DNA of 64,000 bases, taken from positions 799,273 to 863,272 of the forward strand of contig CAWBOK010000003.1 of NCBI GenBank assembly GCA_963790415.1, in the 5' to 3' direction. The notes beneath the pieces were generated by a model. It worked only from the letters and a program-made list of their open reading frames with translations. It ran no database searches and was not told the DNA's origin. This document shows positions 44,804 through 53,662 of this stretch, piece after piece; positions within the stretch are counted from its first letter, which is position 1; each line of letters begins with the position of its first letter. The translations under genes were made by a program, and so were the position numbers. Source of the DNA: an uncultured Actinomycetota bacterium. GTDB taxonomy: Bacteria > Actinomycetota > Thermoleophilia > RBG-16-64-13.

Positions 44804-46539
44804 GCGACCTCTTCCTGGCTGAGTTGCGAGAACACGATCTCGCGGTAGGTCTCGTTGGTCATCAGCAGCTCGCCGTGCGTACCCTGGCCGACGACCGTGC
44901 CTCGGTCCATCACGATGATGCGGTCGGCGTTCATGATCGTGCCCACCCGCTGAGCGACAATGATCACCGTGGCGTTGGCGGTCTCGTTCCTGAGGGCCTC
45001 GCGTAGCGCGGAATCGGTCGTGAAGTCGAGGGCGGACAGACTGTCGTCGAGCACGTAGATCTCGGGCTTCTTCACGATGGCACGCGCGACGGCGAGGCGC
45101 TGTCTCTGCCCGCCCGACACGTTCGTACCGCCTTGAGTGATCGGCGACTCCAGCCCTTCGGGCATCTCGGCGACGAACTCCCGCCCTTGAGCGACGTCGA
45201 GCGCGTGCCAGAGGTCGGCGTCGGTGGCATCTTCGTTTCCGTAGCGCAGGTTACTCGCCACCGTGCCGCTGAACAGGAACGCCTTCTGGGGCACGAAGCC
45301 GATCGTGCCCCAGAGGTCGTCCTGGGTCATCTCGCGGATGTCGACACCGTCGATCTCGACGCTGCCACCCGTGACGTCGTAGAAGCGGGGGATGAGATTG
45401 ACCACGGTGGACTTGCCGCTGCCTGTACTCCCGACGATCGCGGTCGTCTCGCCGGGGGCGATCGAGAACGAGACGTTCTTCAGCACGGCGTCCTCGGCTC
45501 CTGGATACTGGAACTCCACTTCCTTGAACTGGAGGAAGCCGCGTCTTTCGGCCAGGTCGGTCAGCGGTCGCGGGGTCGGGGGGTCGGTGATGGATGGTTG
45601 GACGTCGAGCACCTGTTGGATGCGGTCGGCTGAGGCGGCCGCCCGCGGGATCATGGTGAGCATGACCGTAGCCATCATCACCGCGAAGAGGATCTGCAGG
45701 ACATACGTGAGGAAGGCGATGAGGTTGCCGATGGGCATGGCGCCGCTCGCGACGCGGTGTCCGCCGAACCACATGACCGCCACGGTGGACAGGTTGAAGA
45801 TCAAGAAGAGCAGCGGCAACATGAGGGCGAAGAGGCGGGCGACCCGCAGGGACGTGTCGGTGAGGTCGAGGTTGGCCTCGTCGAATCGCTGTTCTTCGTG
45901 CCCGCCGCGGACGAACGCCCTGATCACGCGGATACCGGTGAGCGTCTCGCGCGTCACCTGATTGACCACGTCGATCTTGACCTGCATGGCCCGGAACAGC
46001 GGCAGTCCTTTTCGGACCATCACCCCGATGACGATACCGATGAGCGGCAGGATGACGATCAACAGGCTCGATAGCAGCACGTCTTGATGGAGGGCCATGA
46101 AGATGCCGCCGATCATCATCATCGGCGCCATCACCATCAAGGTCAGCGCCAGCGTCAGGACCGTCTGCACCTGCTGCACGTCGTTGGTGTTGCGCGTGAT
46201 GAGCGACGGCGTGCCGAACTGGTTGATCTCGGTCTGCGCGAAGCTCTCGACCTGGCGGAACAGGGCTCCGCGTACGTCGCGACCGAACGACATGGACACC
46301 TTGGAACTCCAGTACACCGAGAAGATGGAGGCGATGCCCATCAGCAAGGCGACGGCCAGCATGAGCGCGCCGGTGCGTAGGATGTAGGCGGTATCTCCTG
46401 TGCTGACGCCGTAATCGATTATCTTGGCGTTCAGGTCGGGCAGGTAGAGGTTCGCGACCGCTTGGATCGCCACCAACACCACTACCAGGATGAGCTGTCG
46501 CCAATAGGGGCGCAGATAGGTCGGCAGCAGTCGTCTCAC
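44800..46539 (-). CDS. ABC transporter ATP-binding/permease protein (partner half-transporter)
   Basis: GSTGSGKST, VSGGQRQRLA and IYVLDDSLS motifs. 4-nt overlaps with both neighbours indicate an operon. Confidence 0.88.
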   Translation of the reverse strand: MRRLLPTYLRPYWRQLILVVVLVAIQAVANLYLPDLNAKIIDYGVSTGDTAYILRTGALMLAVALLMGIASIFSVYWSSKVSMSFGRDVRGALFRQVESFAQTEINQFGTPSLITRNTNDVQQVQTVLTLALTLMVMAPMMMIGGIFMALHQDVLLSSLLIVILPLIGIVIGVMVRKGLPLFRAMQVKIDVVNQVTRETLTGIRVIRAFVRGGHEEQRFDEANLDLTDTSLRVARLFALMLPLLFLIFNLSTVAVMWFGGHRVASGAMPIGNLIAFLTYVLQILFAVMMATVMLTMIPRAAASADRIQQVLDVQPSITDPPTPRPLTDLAERRGFLQFKEVEFQYPGAEDAVLKNVSFSIAPGETTAIVGSTGSGKSTVVNLIPRFYDVTGGSVEIDGVDIREMTQDDLWGTIGFVPQKAFLFSGTVASNLRYGNEDATDADLWHALDVAQGREFVAEMPEGLESPITQGGTNVSGGQRQRLAVARAIVKKPEIYVLDDSLSALDFTTDSALREALRNETANATVIIVAQRVGTIMNADRIIVMDRGTVVGQGTHGELLMTNETYREIVFSQLSQEEVA

Positions 46540-47063
46540 GCGAGCGACTCCCCGTCATCAGTAGGCGGCGCGGCGTCTGTCAGCAACGCGCGGGAGGTGT
46601 TGGCGGCAAGCTCTTCCAGCAGTCGCTCGAGGTCGCTCCGGTCCCCGATGGTCATCGTGCCGATGGTTCGATTGATGAACTCGACCATCAGGGAACGCAG
46701 TTCCTCTTCCAGCCGGTGGCCCTGAGCGGTCAGGTATACACGGGTGAGTCGCTGGTCGGTCTCATCCGGTCGCCGGACGACGGTGCCGGCCTTCTCGAGG
46801 GCCTGCAGCATCGTGGTCACCCGCGGCCGGGAGAGATGCAGCGTGTCGGCAAGATCTCGCTGACTCATGCCGTCATGCTGTGCCAGCATGCGCAGGCACA
46901 CGGCCTCCCCGGGGTGGGTGCCCCGCTCGGCCAGCGTTTTCGCCATCAACTGCTTATGGACGTGGATGGTCTTGCGCAGGGCCTGGAGGACCCTCGCCGA
47001 CAGCGGATCGACACCGTCGAGCAGAAGCGGGGGCAGGTCGTGGGATGAAGCGGTCTTGCGCAT
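46536..47063 (-). CDS. MarR-family transcriptional regulator
   Basis: Winged-helix core MSQRDLADTLHLSRPRVTTMLQALEKAGTVVRRPDETDQRLTRVYLT. I prefer the ATG at 47063 over the TTG at 47102. Confidence 0.8.
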   Translation of the reverse strand: MRKTASSHDLPPLLLDGVDPLSARVLQALRKTIHVHKQLMAKTLAERGTHPGEAVCLRMLAQHDGMSQRDLADTLHLSRPRVTTMLQALEKAGTVVRRPDETDQRLTRVYLTAQGHRLEEELRSLMVEFINRTIGTMTIGDRSDLERLLEELAANTSRALLTDAAPPTDDGESLA

Positions 47064-47073
47064 GTGGTGGCGA

Positions 47074-47106
47074 ATAGTACATGACGAAATGGTTTTGTGC
47101 AAAACC
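47074..47106 (-). promoter_or_regulatory. Promoter (TTGCAC-17-TACTAT) with overlapping palindrome GGTTTTGCACAAAACC; near-leaderless marR-ABC operon
   Basis: Read on the minus strand, -35 is 47102-47097 and -10 is 47079-47074, with only 10 nt between the -10 and the ATG at 47063. The 7+7 perfect palindrome at 47091-47106 overlaps the -35. Confidence 0.5.
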
Positions 47107-47124
47107 GTAACGGACCACGAGTCG

Positions 47125-47151
47125 AGCCCGGGCCGGTCTCCGAACCGGGCT
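47125..47151 (-). terminator. Hairpin downstream of the HAF-repeat gene
   Basis: AGCCCGG-N13-CCGGGCT, with an alternative inner pairing CCGGT/ACCGG. No U-tract. Confidence 0.3.
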
Positions 47152-47179
47152 TGACTCAGCTATTTGGAGTTGTTCCCCG

Positions 47180-48601
47180 TCACTGCGCCAACACGAGCGG
47201 ATAGAGGTAGCCCACTACCTGACCGGAGGTGTTGATGGCCGTGGCCTCAGATCGACCCTGGCCTGCGCCCAGGTCCTGCATGGCTCCGTTCTGCCAGAGG
47301 AACGCATGCTCTACGGTACCGCCGGCCGAGGTGGGGCTGTTGAGCGGGGCCTTGGAGTAGCCGACCACCTGGCGGGCGGCGTTCAGATCGTTGGGGTAGC
47401 TCGTGGTTCCGCCGAGCGTGCCCAGGTCCTGCATCGGCCCCATGTTGAAGATGGGACCGGGCAGGCCCAGCTTAAGCAACCCGAACACGCCGCTGGTCCT
47501 GAGAAAGCCGTGGTATTCGCCGGGCACCCCTGTGCTCGAAGTGCCGATCACGTCGCCGCGAACGTTGATGCCCTGCGCCCAAGACTGGTCCCCGCCCAGG
47601 GTGCCCAAGTCGGACATGGCGGAACCCCACCAGACGCACGCCCGCGCGCCGCCTTGGCTCGAGCCGCTGGGGGCGACGTTGTACGACTTGCCGGCCACAA
47701 CGCCCAGATCGTTGACAGCCCAGGCCTCGCTAAAGTCGTACCCCGGCAATGCCCCAAGGTTCACGAGGTATCCGCCCGGCTTCCAGGAAAACGCGCGGTG
47801 TCCTGTGATCTCGGCGTCCTGGGTCTGGGCGAAGGCGGAGTAACCGACCACCTTGCTCAGTGCGTTCAGACCGGTTGCATAGCTGTAGGCGGAGGGCATG
47901 ACGGTGTCGGGGACGAGTGTGCCGAAGTCGGTGAACGCATTGTTCTTCAAGTGGAACGCGTGCCATGGTCCGGCAGAGACGTTGGTGATGTCGGTCTCGG
48001 AACTACCCGCCACGGCACCCGAGGCATTGATGAAGAAGTAGGGGTTGAACGAGGACTTGCCCATCCCGTGGTAGATGAAATCGGAGACGAATGCCGTGGC
48101 CCTCGATCCGACGAGCCCCAGGTCGGTCTTGGTGCTCTTGAACCACAGTGTGCCCTTGGTCCAGGTCACCAAGTGCCAGGCATTGTTAGTGTCCTGCGCG
48201 ACGCCCACGACCTTGCCCAGATCGTTGATGGAGTAGGCCACGCTGTTGGGGCCGCCCAGCGTGCCCAGGTCGGTCATCGTCCCCTTCTGCCACAGGAACG
48301 CATGGGCCGTCGGGTAGTTGCCCGGTCCGGCCTCTGCGGAGGTGTCCGCCCACCCCACGACCTGGCCGCTGTTGTTGATGTCGAGAGCCCGACTGTCGGC
48401 ATTGGGACCGCCCAGCGAACCGAGCGTCATCCAGGTCCCGTTCTGCCATAGGACGGCGTAGCCGGGCGCCTCGGTCGGGTACGCAGCCGCAGGTGCAGCC
48501 GCGAAGGGGAGCAGGAGGAGGGCGCAACCCACCAGCATCGGCAGTCTTCGGAGGTAGAGACTGAACCGGGCCGTCGAAGCACGCACGCGGCTGAGAGTCA
48601 T
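47180..48601 (-). CDS. Secreted HAF-family extracellular repeat protein
   Basis: Signal peptide, then about 9 repeats of the HAFLW..G.M.DLGTLGG..S.A..IN..GQVVG type. ATG at 48601 with a GGGAGAGGA RBS. Confidence 0.65.
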   Translation of the reverse strand: MTLSRVRASTARFSLYLRRLPMLVGCALLLLPFAAAPAAAYPTEAPGYAVLWQNGTWMTLGSLGGPNADSRALDINNSGQVVGWADTSAEAGPGNYPTAHAFLWQKGTMTDLGTLGGPNSVAYSINDLGKVVGVAQDTNNAWHLVTWTKGTLWFKSTKTDLGLVGSRATAFVSDFIYHGMGKSSFNPYFFINASGAVAGSSETDITNVSAGPWHAFHLKNNAFTDFGTLVPDTVMPSAYSYATGLNALSKVVGYSAFAQTQDAEITGHRAFSWKPGGYLVNLGALPGYDFSEAWAVNDLGVVAGKSYNVAPSGSSQGGARACVWWGSAMSDLGTLGGDQSWAQGINVRGDVIGTSSTGVPGEYHGFLRTSGVFGLLKLGLPGPIFNMGPMQDLGTLGGTTSYPNDLNAARQVVGYSKAPLNSPTSAGGTVEHAFLWQNGAMQDLGAGQGRSEATAINTSGQVVGYLYPLVLAQ

Positions 48602-48698
48602 TGCGCCATCCTCTCCCTGGAAATGGATACACTTGATCCGGCCCGCGAACACCTTCCGGTCCGTGAAGGCTCGTGAAGTCAATCTAAAGGTGCGAAGC

Positions 48699-50126
48699 AT
48701 GCATGTCAATGAACGAGGGCGCGGGGCGAAAGATGCTGGCGAGCGCATCGTCCACGGACTGGCCATCGTTCTGACCGCCTTCGCTGTCGCGGCTTCGTTG
48801 GTGCTCTACGGAGGCGTCCTCCCGGGTGATCGTCACAAGGTGGCCGCTTTGGCGCTGGTCGCGGGTGCCGTCTGGCTGGCGTGGCTGTCGATCCGCCGGC
48901 CGGCCCGCGGCGTGGCGGGCGGTATCAGCGTGGATCTCCTTGCGGTGGCTTGGACTGCCGGTCTGGGCTGTCTGGCGCTGGTGTCGGCGTGGTGGAGCAT
49001 CGACCGCGGCGCCAGCCTGTGGGAGGGGGCGCTGCTCCTTGGCGCCCCGGCGGCCTTCTTGGCGGGCGCGAGCCTGCCGGTGCAGGGGCGCACCCGCGCC
49101 GATCTGCCACCCGCGCTAGGCGCGCTTACAACCCTTGGGCTTGTTGTCGCCGCAGGGTCGCTGATCGGGTTCGCCGTCCGAGGCGGGCGCTGGATCCAAG
49201 TGATGGATCAAGCCGTTCTGCTCTCCGGTCCGTTCGGGTATGCGAACGCTATGGCGGCGCTCATGCTATTGACCATCCCGGCCACCCTCGGGTGCCTCGC
49301 GCGGCCGCCTGCCGGCGTCACTCGCACGCCCGGCGCCGTATACACGTCAGGCCTCGGGCGCACGCCCGGCGCCATCGACCACGGGCTGAGAGGGGACACC
49401 GTCCGGCGGGCGGTTCTGTGGAGCGGGTTGGCGGCACAACTGACCGCTCTGACGCTCACGGGTTCGCGGGCGGCTATGGGCATCGCGGCTCTACTCCTGG
49501 TGCTCGGGGCGACGCTCCCCCATCGAATGCGGTTGCGGCAGGCGGTCCGTCGGGTGCGGGAACGGCGTGGGGGCGGAGTGCTGATCGCCGTCTTCGTCAT
49601 AGTCGGGAGTGCGGCGGTGGCTGTCGTCCTGTGGCGGGCGGGAAGCTACGCTGCCGGCCTCATGCAGGACCTACACAGTAAGACCGTTACCGCCGACCAG
49701 AACCGCCTCCAGATCTGGCACGCTGCTGCGGAGGCCGCCGGGCGTCGCCCCATCCTGGGATACGGGTCCGACACCTTCTTCTCCGCGTACATGCCTTTCC
49801 GCATCCCCTGGAGCGCACCGGCGCGCTACGCGCACAATCTCCTCGTGCAGCAGTGGGTGGAACTCGGCGTGACGGGCGTGGCGGCGCTGGTGGGAACGCT
49901 GATGTTCCTTTTGGCCCGGCCGGTCGCGCGGCGCACGTTGTGGGGCCGCGAACCTGGGTTCTGGCTACTCTTCGGGCCGAGCGCGATCGTGCTTCAGAAT
50001 CTGGTGGATATCACCTGGTATTTCCCGGCGATCTACCTGCTCTTCCTGTTCGAGGCTGGAGCCCTTTCCGCGTGGAGCCTGGATGCCTGGGCCAGTGACG
50101 GGTTTCCGGGTGCGGATCATCTCTGA
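48699..50126 (+). CDS. O-antigen ligase/polymerase-like (Wzy_C) polytopic membrane protein
   Basis: Multi-TM protein with LTGSRAAMGIAALLLVLG and a periplasmic loop RLQIWHAAAEAAGRRPILGYGSDTF...AHNLLVQQWVELG. Confidence 0.65.
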   Translation: MHVNERGRGAKDAGERIVHGLAIVLTAFAVAASLVLYGGVLPGDRHKVAALALVAGAVWLAWLSIRRPARGVAGGISVDLLAVAWTAGLGCLALVSAWWSIDRGASLWEGALLLGAPAAFLAGASLPVQGRTRADLPPALGALTTLGLVVAAGSLIGFAVRGGRWIQVMDQAVLLSGPFGYANAMAALMLLTIPATLGCLARPPAGVTRTPGAVYTSGLGRTPGAIDHGLRGDTVRRAVLWSGLAAQLTALTLTGSRAAMGIAALLLVLGATLPHRMRLRQAVRRVRERRGGGVLIAVFVIVGSAAVAVVLWRAGSYAAGLMQDLHSKTVTADQNRLQIWHAAAEAAGRRPILGYGSDTFFSAYMPFRIPWSAPARYAHNLLVQQWVELGVTGVAALVGTLMFLLARPVARRTLWGREPGFWLLFGPSAIVLQNLVDITWYFPAIYLLFLFEAGALSAWSLDAWASDGFPGADHL

Positions 50127-50285
50127 CCCGCGCGATCCAGACCGTCGCGAGGGCTTTCGTACGGGTTTCGCTTTCACGACACATACTTTAGAATGAGAAA
50201 CAGGCGGTGCCGCTAGAGTGAGGGAGTGACTCCGCCGCGCGCGAGGATGCACCTTCGCCTCACAGAAGACCGGACAAGGGGGTCG

Positions 50286-51461
50286 ATGATGAAGGTATCT
50301 CGGAAGCGGGCGCTCGTGCTGGTAGGTGCTCTGTCCCTTGTGGCGATCGTGCTGGCGGGGTGCATCAAGATCACCTATCTCAACATCCCGACGGGCATAC
50401 CTGCCGGCTCGAACTACACCATAACGATGCAGGCGTCGCCTACTGTCGATCTCACTGACGTTGCCCCCACCTTGGCCTTCCGCATCCCGAACGCGTGGGA
50501 GGTCAAGACCGTGATCCTCTCGGGGGCGATCTCCCGGCAGATGATCTACTCTCCTACGATGGCCACGTACTTCAGCACCACGTGGGAAGCCAAGCCCGTG
50601 GATGTCTCGCATAACGGCCCGAAGCCGGGGTACAAGTGGTGGGCCGGGTACGCCACCAAGGCCGACGTCCACAAGGACGACGTCATCACCGCTTCCATCA
50701 CCATCGATACCCACGGAGCGGCGGGCACGTTCTCCCTCGATTTCGTCACCGGGATGACGGACCCCTTGGGCTACGAGAACCAGACGATGAACGGAAACGG
50801 CTCGAACTGGGAGAGCGGGGGCATTCTGACCCCTCCGGGAGTGAGGCTCGACCAGACCACCACGTTGACGGCCGCCGGTCCCACGTTCTTGGACGTCCCG
50901 GTGGGCCACGCCTACTTTGACGCAATCGAGGGCATGGCAGCCGCCGCGATCATCAACGGATACGATGTGCCGGGCGGCAAGGAGTTCCGGCCGAACAACG
51001 ACGTGGTGCGGTGGCAGTTCGCCAAGATGATAGATGGGGCCCTTGTGATCCCGGTCGACGAGGGTCTGGTCTCGACCTTCCCCGATCTGGGAGCGGACAA
51101 CCCTGCCAGCTTGGAGCCCCACGACTATGTCGCGGCGGCCACCAACAACAACATAATCAAGGGATACGGAGACGGCACCTTCCGCGCTTTCACGACCATC
51201 AGCCGCGCACAGGTGGTCACAATGGTCGTCCGGGGAATGAAGACGCTCAAACCGGGAGTCCTTCAGACGCCGCCCGCGGGTTACGCGTCCACGCTCGGCA
51301 ACTTCGATACGGGTGAGCACAGCGAGAACATGCGTTGGGCCGACTTCAACGGACTTCTCACGGGCGTGGTCGGCTTCCAGGCCGGTTGGGACCCATGGGC
51401 CAAGATGAGCCGCGGCGAGGTGGCGCAGGTGCTGTGGAACACCATGGCGCTGTTGCCGTAG
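50286..51461 (+). CDS. Lipoprotein with unknown N-terminal domain and three C-terminal SLH domains
   Basis: Lipobox LAGC. SLH repeats FLDVPVGHAYFDAIEGMAAAAIINGY, FPDLG...HDYVAAATNNNIIKGYGDGTFRAF, and a third degenerate one. Confidence 0.75.
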   Translation: MMKVSRKRALVLVGALSLVAIVLAGCIKITYLNIPTGIPAGSNYTITMQASPTVDLTDVAPTLAFRIPNAWEVKTVILSGAISRQMIYSPTMATYFSTTWEAKPVDVSHNGPKPGYKWWAGYATKADVHKDDVITASITIDTHGAAGTFSLDFVTGMTDPLGYENQTMNGNGSNWESGGILTPPGVRLDQTTTLTAAGPTFLDVPVGHAYFDAIEGMAAAAIINGYDVPGGKEFRPNNDVVRWQFAKMIDGALVIPVDEGLVSTFPDLGADNPASLEPHDYVAAATNNNIIKGYGDGTFRAFTTISRAQVVTMVVRGMKTLKPGVLQTPPAGYASTLGNFDTGEHSENMRWADFNGLLTGVVGFQAGWDPWAKMSRGEVAQVLWNTMALLP

Positions 51462-51481
51462 TCGCCGTGTAGGTAGAGAGC

Positions 51482-51555
51482 GTGCGGAGACAAGACGTCT
51501 TCCGCACGAGGAAGTCAGAGAGCGACCGAGGACCGGGGTGACCCGGTCCTCGGTC
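51482..51555 (+). terminator. Two consecutive hairpins after the SLH lipoprotein gene
   Basis: GTGCGGA...TCCGCAC (51482-51507) and a perfect 14-bp stem GACCGAGGACCGGG-GTGA-CCCGGTCCTCGGTC (51524-51555). No U-tract. Confidence 0.5.
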
Positions 51556-51611
51556 TACCTCGGGCGACCGGCGCAACGTGGCTGCGTCTCATCGCGGGAG
51601 AGGGTCGACAG

Positions 51612-52010
51612 GTGCGTGGTTTGGACGGTCTAACCGACCTGGGTCCGGACAACCCGGACAACCTCTATCCGCACGAGTACGTGGCCGCGTTGAGCGCGCG
51701 GGGAATCCTGAAGGGCGTAGGCGCCGGCAGGTTCGACCCCTATGCTGCTCTGACCCGGGCCCAGGCTGCGTCGATCCTGGTGCGCGCCCTGGACGAGCTG
51801 TACCCGGGGCTGCTAACGGAGGAAGAGAGACAGGCGCCGGCGGCGTTCTACTGGGAGCCTCCGCACCTCACCGATTTGAGGAGGGCCTACGCCAACGACC
51901 TCCTTGCCGGCACCGTCGATTGGTTGCAGCGCTGGGACGCCCGCGTCATCTGCAGCCGCGGCGAGGCGGCGCAATCGACGTGGAACGCGCTTGCGCTCAT
52001 CGATCAGTAG
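51612..52010 (+). pseudogene. Truncated SLH-domain paralogue (two SLH repeats only; no signal peptide or N-terminal domain)
   Basis: GLTDLGPDNPDNLYPHEYVAALSARGILKGVGAGRFDPYAALTRAQAASILVRAL parallels SLH2-3 of the upstream gene. It starts at a GTG directly after the terminator hairpins. Confidence 0.5.
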
Positions 52011-52011
52011 A

Positions 52012-52308
52012 CTACCCGGGGAGCTTCTCGCAGACCGCAGCCAGCTGGTCGATCGTGTATGCCCTCAGAGAGGTCGACTTCACGTTGCCCTGGGCAGTCA
52101 GACTCACCATGAAGGCCAGGGCCACATGGTCGTCCGGGGCCTCGCCGATGGCCACGTAGTCGTACTCGCCCGTCACGGCATAGAACGCGATGACCTTGCC
52201 GCCTATCGCCTCGAAACCGTCGATCGCCGCTTTGATCCTGTTCGGAGCATCCTTGATGTGACGCGCCCCCTCGTGGGTGAGCTTCATGAGCATGACGTTG
52301 GTGACCAT
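52012..52308 (-). CDS. GYD domain protein
   Basis: 98 aa. ...IAFYAVTGEYDYVAIGEAPDDHVALAFMVSLTAQGNVKSTSLRAY. GAAGGAGG RBS. Confidence 0.75.
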   Translation of the reverse strand: MVTNVMLMKLTHEGARHIKDAPNRIKAAIDGFEAIGGKVIAFYAVTGEYDYVAIGEAPDDHVALAFMVSLTAQGNVKSTSLRAYTIDQLAAVCEKLPG

Positions 52309-52367
52309 CGCCGCCTCCTTCGATAGGATGGTTCTCCACGCGGGCCGCCGTCCAGGGACAGGTGGCC

Positions 52368-52388
52368 CTAGGAGGCTCAGCCTGCTAG
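52368..52388. repeat. Minimal 21-bp palindromic form of the interspersed element (termini only)
   Basis: CTAGGAGGCTCAGCCTGCTAG. Its reverse complement CTAGCAGGCTGAGCCTCCTAG equals the left 11 nt and right 10 nt of copy 1 (including the flanking CTAGs) joined directly. Confidence 0.6.
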
Positions 52389-52449
52389 TTCTACTGTAGT
52401 CCCTTCTTCCGCCCGCGTCACGCGTGATTTTTGAGCGTCGAGGATGCCG

Positions 52450-52719
52450 TCACCGGCCGAACCGCCGCACGGCCCGGGCATGTGCCTTGGCCGCCTCGAT
52501 CTCGCGGTTCTTGGGAGCGGCTGTGGTCACGAGCGAATCGAGCAGTGTGGACGACGCCCGCGCCACCTCGTCGATCGCCCGAGCGAACGCCTCTTCATTC
52601 GCGGCCGACGGCGTGGCGGACCCACTGATCTTCCGCACGAACTGCAGAGCCGCTGCCCGGATCTCGTCGTCGGTGGCGGGCGGATCGAAGTTGTATAGGG
52701 TCTTGATGTTCCTGCACAT
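52450..52719 (-). CDS. DUF2277 domain protein
   Basis: MCRNIKTLYNFDPPATDDEIRAAALQFVRKISG..., the characteristic N-terminus of the family. Confidence 0.8.
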   Translation of the reverse strand: MCRNIKTLYNFDPPATDDEIRAAALQFVRKISGSATPSAANEEAFARAIDEVARASSTLLDSLVTTAAPKNREIEAAKAHARAVRRFGR

Positions 52720-52813
52720 GTGACTCCGCCTCTCGTTGAATGCCGCACGAACGACGCCGTGTGCCGCGGGCCATCCACTCGTGCGGTCTGTGTGTCCACT
52801 GGTCGACCGCGCG

Positions 52814-53264
52814 CTAGGGTTCTGCGCCGAACACCACCTCGAAGCGCTCGCACGCTACGAGCATGTCCCGCTGGGGCTCCAGGCCGTAGCTTCGGAGTTC
52901 GCGCGTGAAGCAGGACCAGTGCACCTCCCGCCAATACTCGAGTGAACCGTCTCCCTCGCCTTCGGCGGCCGCAAACTCGCGCGTAACCGATTCGAAGGGT
53001 ACGATCTCGACCGAGGTGGTGCGGATCACGCAGCGTGCCCGGCCCTCCCAGTCGGTGATCACGCTGAAATCGCCCGCCCGTGGCACGGGTTCCTTCTCAA
53101 ACTCGTAGGACCACAGAGCCCCCGCCGTCGCGCGCTTTCGGCCGGCCACCACGAGGTCAGCCAGGCTGTCGGCGGAGTCCTTTGTGTCGCAAAAGTGCCA
53201 CGCCGAATAGGGAACCGCGGAGGCCGCCAGGTCGGGGCGAGACGAAAGAAAGGTCCCCCCACAT
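52814..53264 (-). pseudogene. ASCH domain protein with a frameshift in a G6 (plus-strand C6) homopolymer
   Basis: The track ORF starts at 53152 (VAGRKRATAG...). The frame stays open upstream (…PDLAASAVPYSAWHFCDTKDSADSLADLV). Removing one G from the run at 53255-53260 gives ATG-TGG-GGG-ACC... = MWGTFLSSRPDLAAS..., a full-length ASCH protein (EGEGDGSLEYWREVH). Confidence 0.7.
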
Positions 53265-53461
53265 CTCTCGAACCGACGCTTGGCCTGTCACGGTTCCCTC
53301 CCTGTCGAGGTCCAGCATCCCGTGGCGCCCGAGTCCTCAGCCATGAGGTGGCGAGGATACAACGCCCACCCGGCTCCGGCTTGTGTCAGTCGCCGCTCCG
53401 CGTCGCCACCCGTGTCGCCGGCCCATCGAGTCTGTCCCTGAGTTCCCGGCGCCCTGCCTTC

Positions 53462-53498
53462 TTGACAGATTGGTCTTGATGGAACACAGTTTAGACCA
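53462..53498 (+). promoter_or_regulatory. Candidate promoter TTGACA-17-CACAGT with inverted repeat TGGTCT-N16-AGACCA
   Basis: Low-G+C patch about 165-200 nt upstream of the corrinoid protein gene. The IR spans the -10 region. Confidence 0.3.
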
Positions 53499-53512
53499 TT
53501 AGAGTTGGGGTG

Positions 53513-53534
53513 GGCGTCGGCGTCGGCGTCGGCG
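53513..53534. repeat. Hexanucleotide microsatellite (GGCGTC)x3.7
   Basis: GGCGTCGGCGTCGGCGTCGGCG, in the leader of the corrinoid protein gene. Confidence 0.6.
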
Positions 53535-53662
53535 CGTGTAGCGAGGGCGCACAGGCCTGCGTCGGCGACTGGAGGCATGAGTGCGGGGCAAGACCTGGGA
53601 GGTATCGAAGCGCCGGTACGGCATCTCCCGCGGATCCGGCAGTCCGAGAACAAGGAGTGCTC

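Noticed and set aside
53500-53662. Possible cobalamin riboswitch in the leader of the corrinoid protein gene
   Set aside because: Only partial resemblances are present (GCGACTG versus the conserved GCCACTG; AGTCCGAGAAC versus the B12 box AGYCMGGAGACCKGCC). The GGGAA/GGTG elements and the 3' CCTGCC of the B12 box are missing. Without a covariance-model scan this is not supportable.
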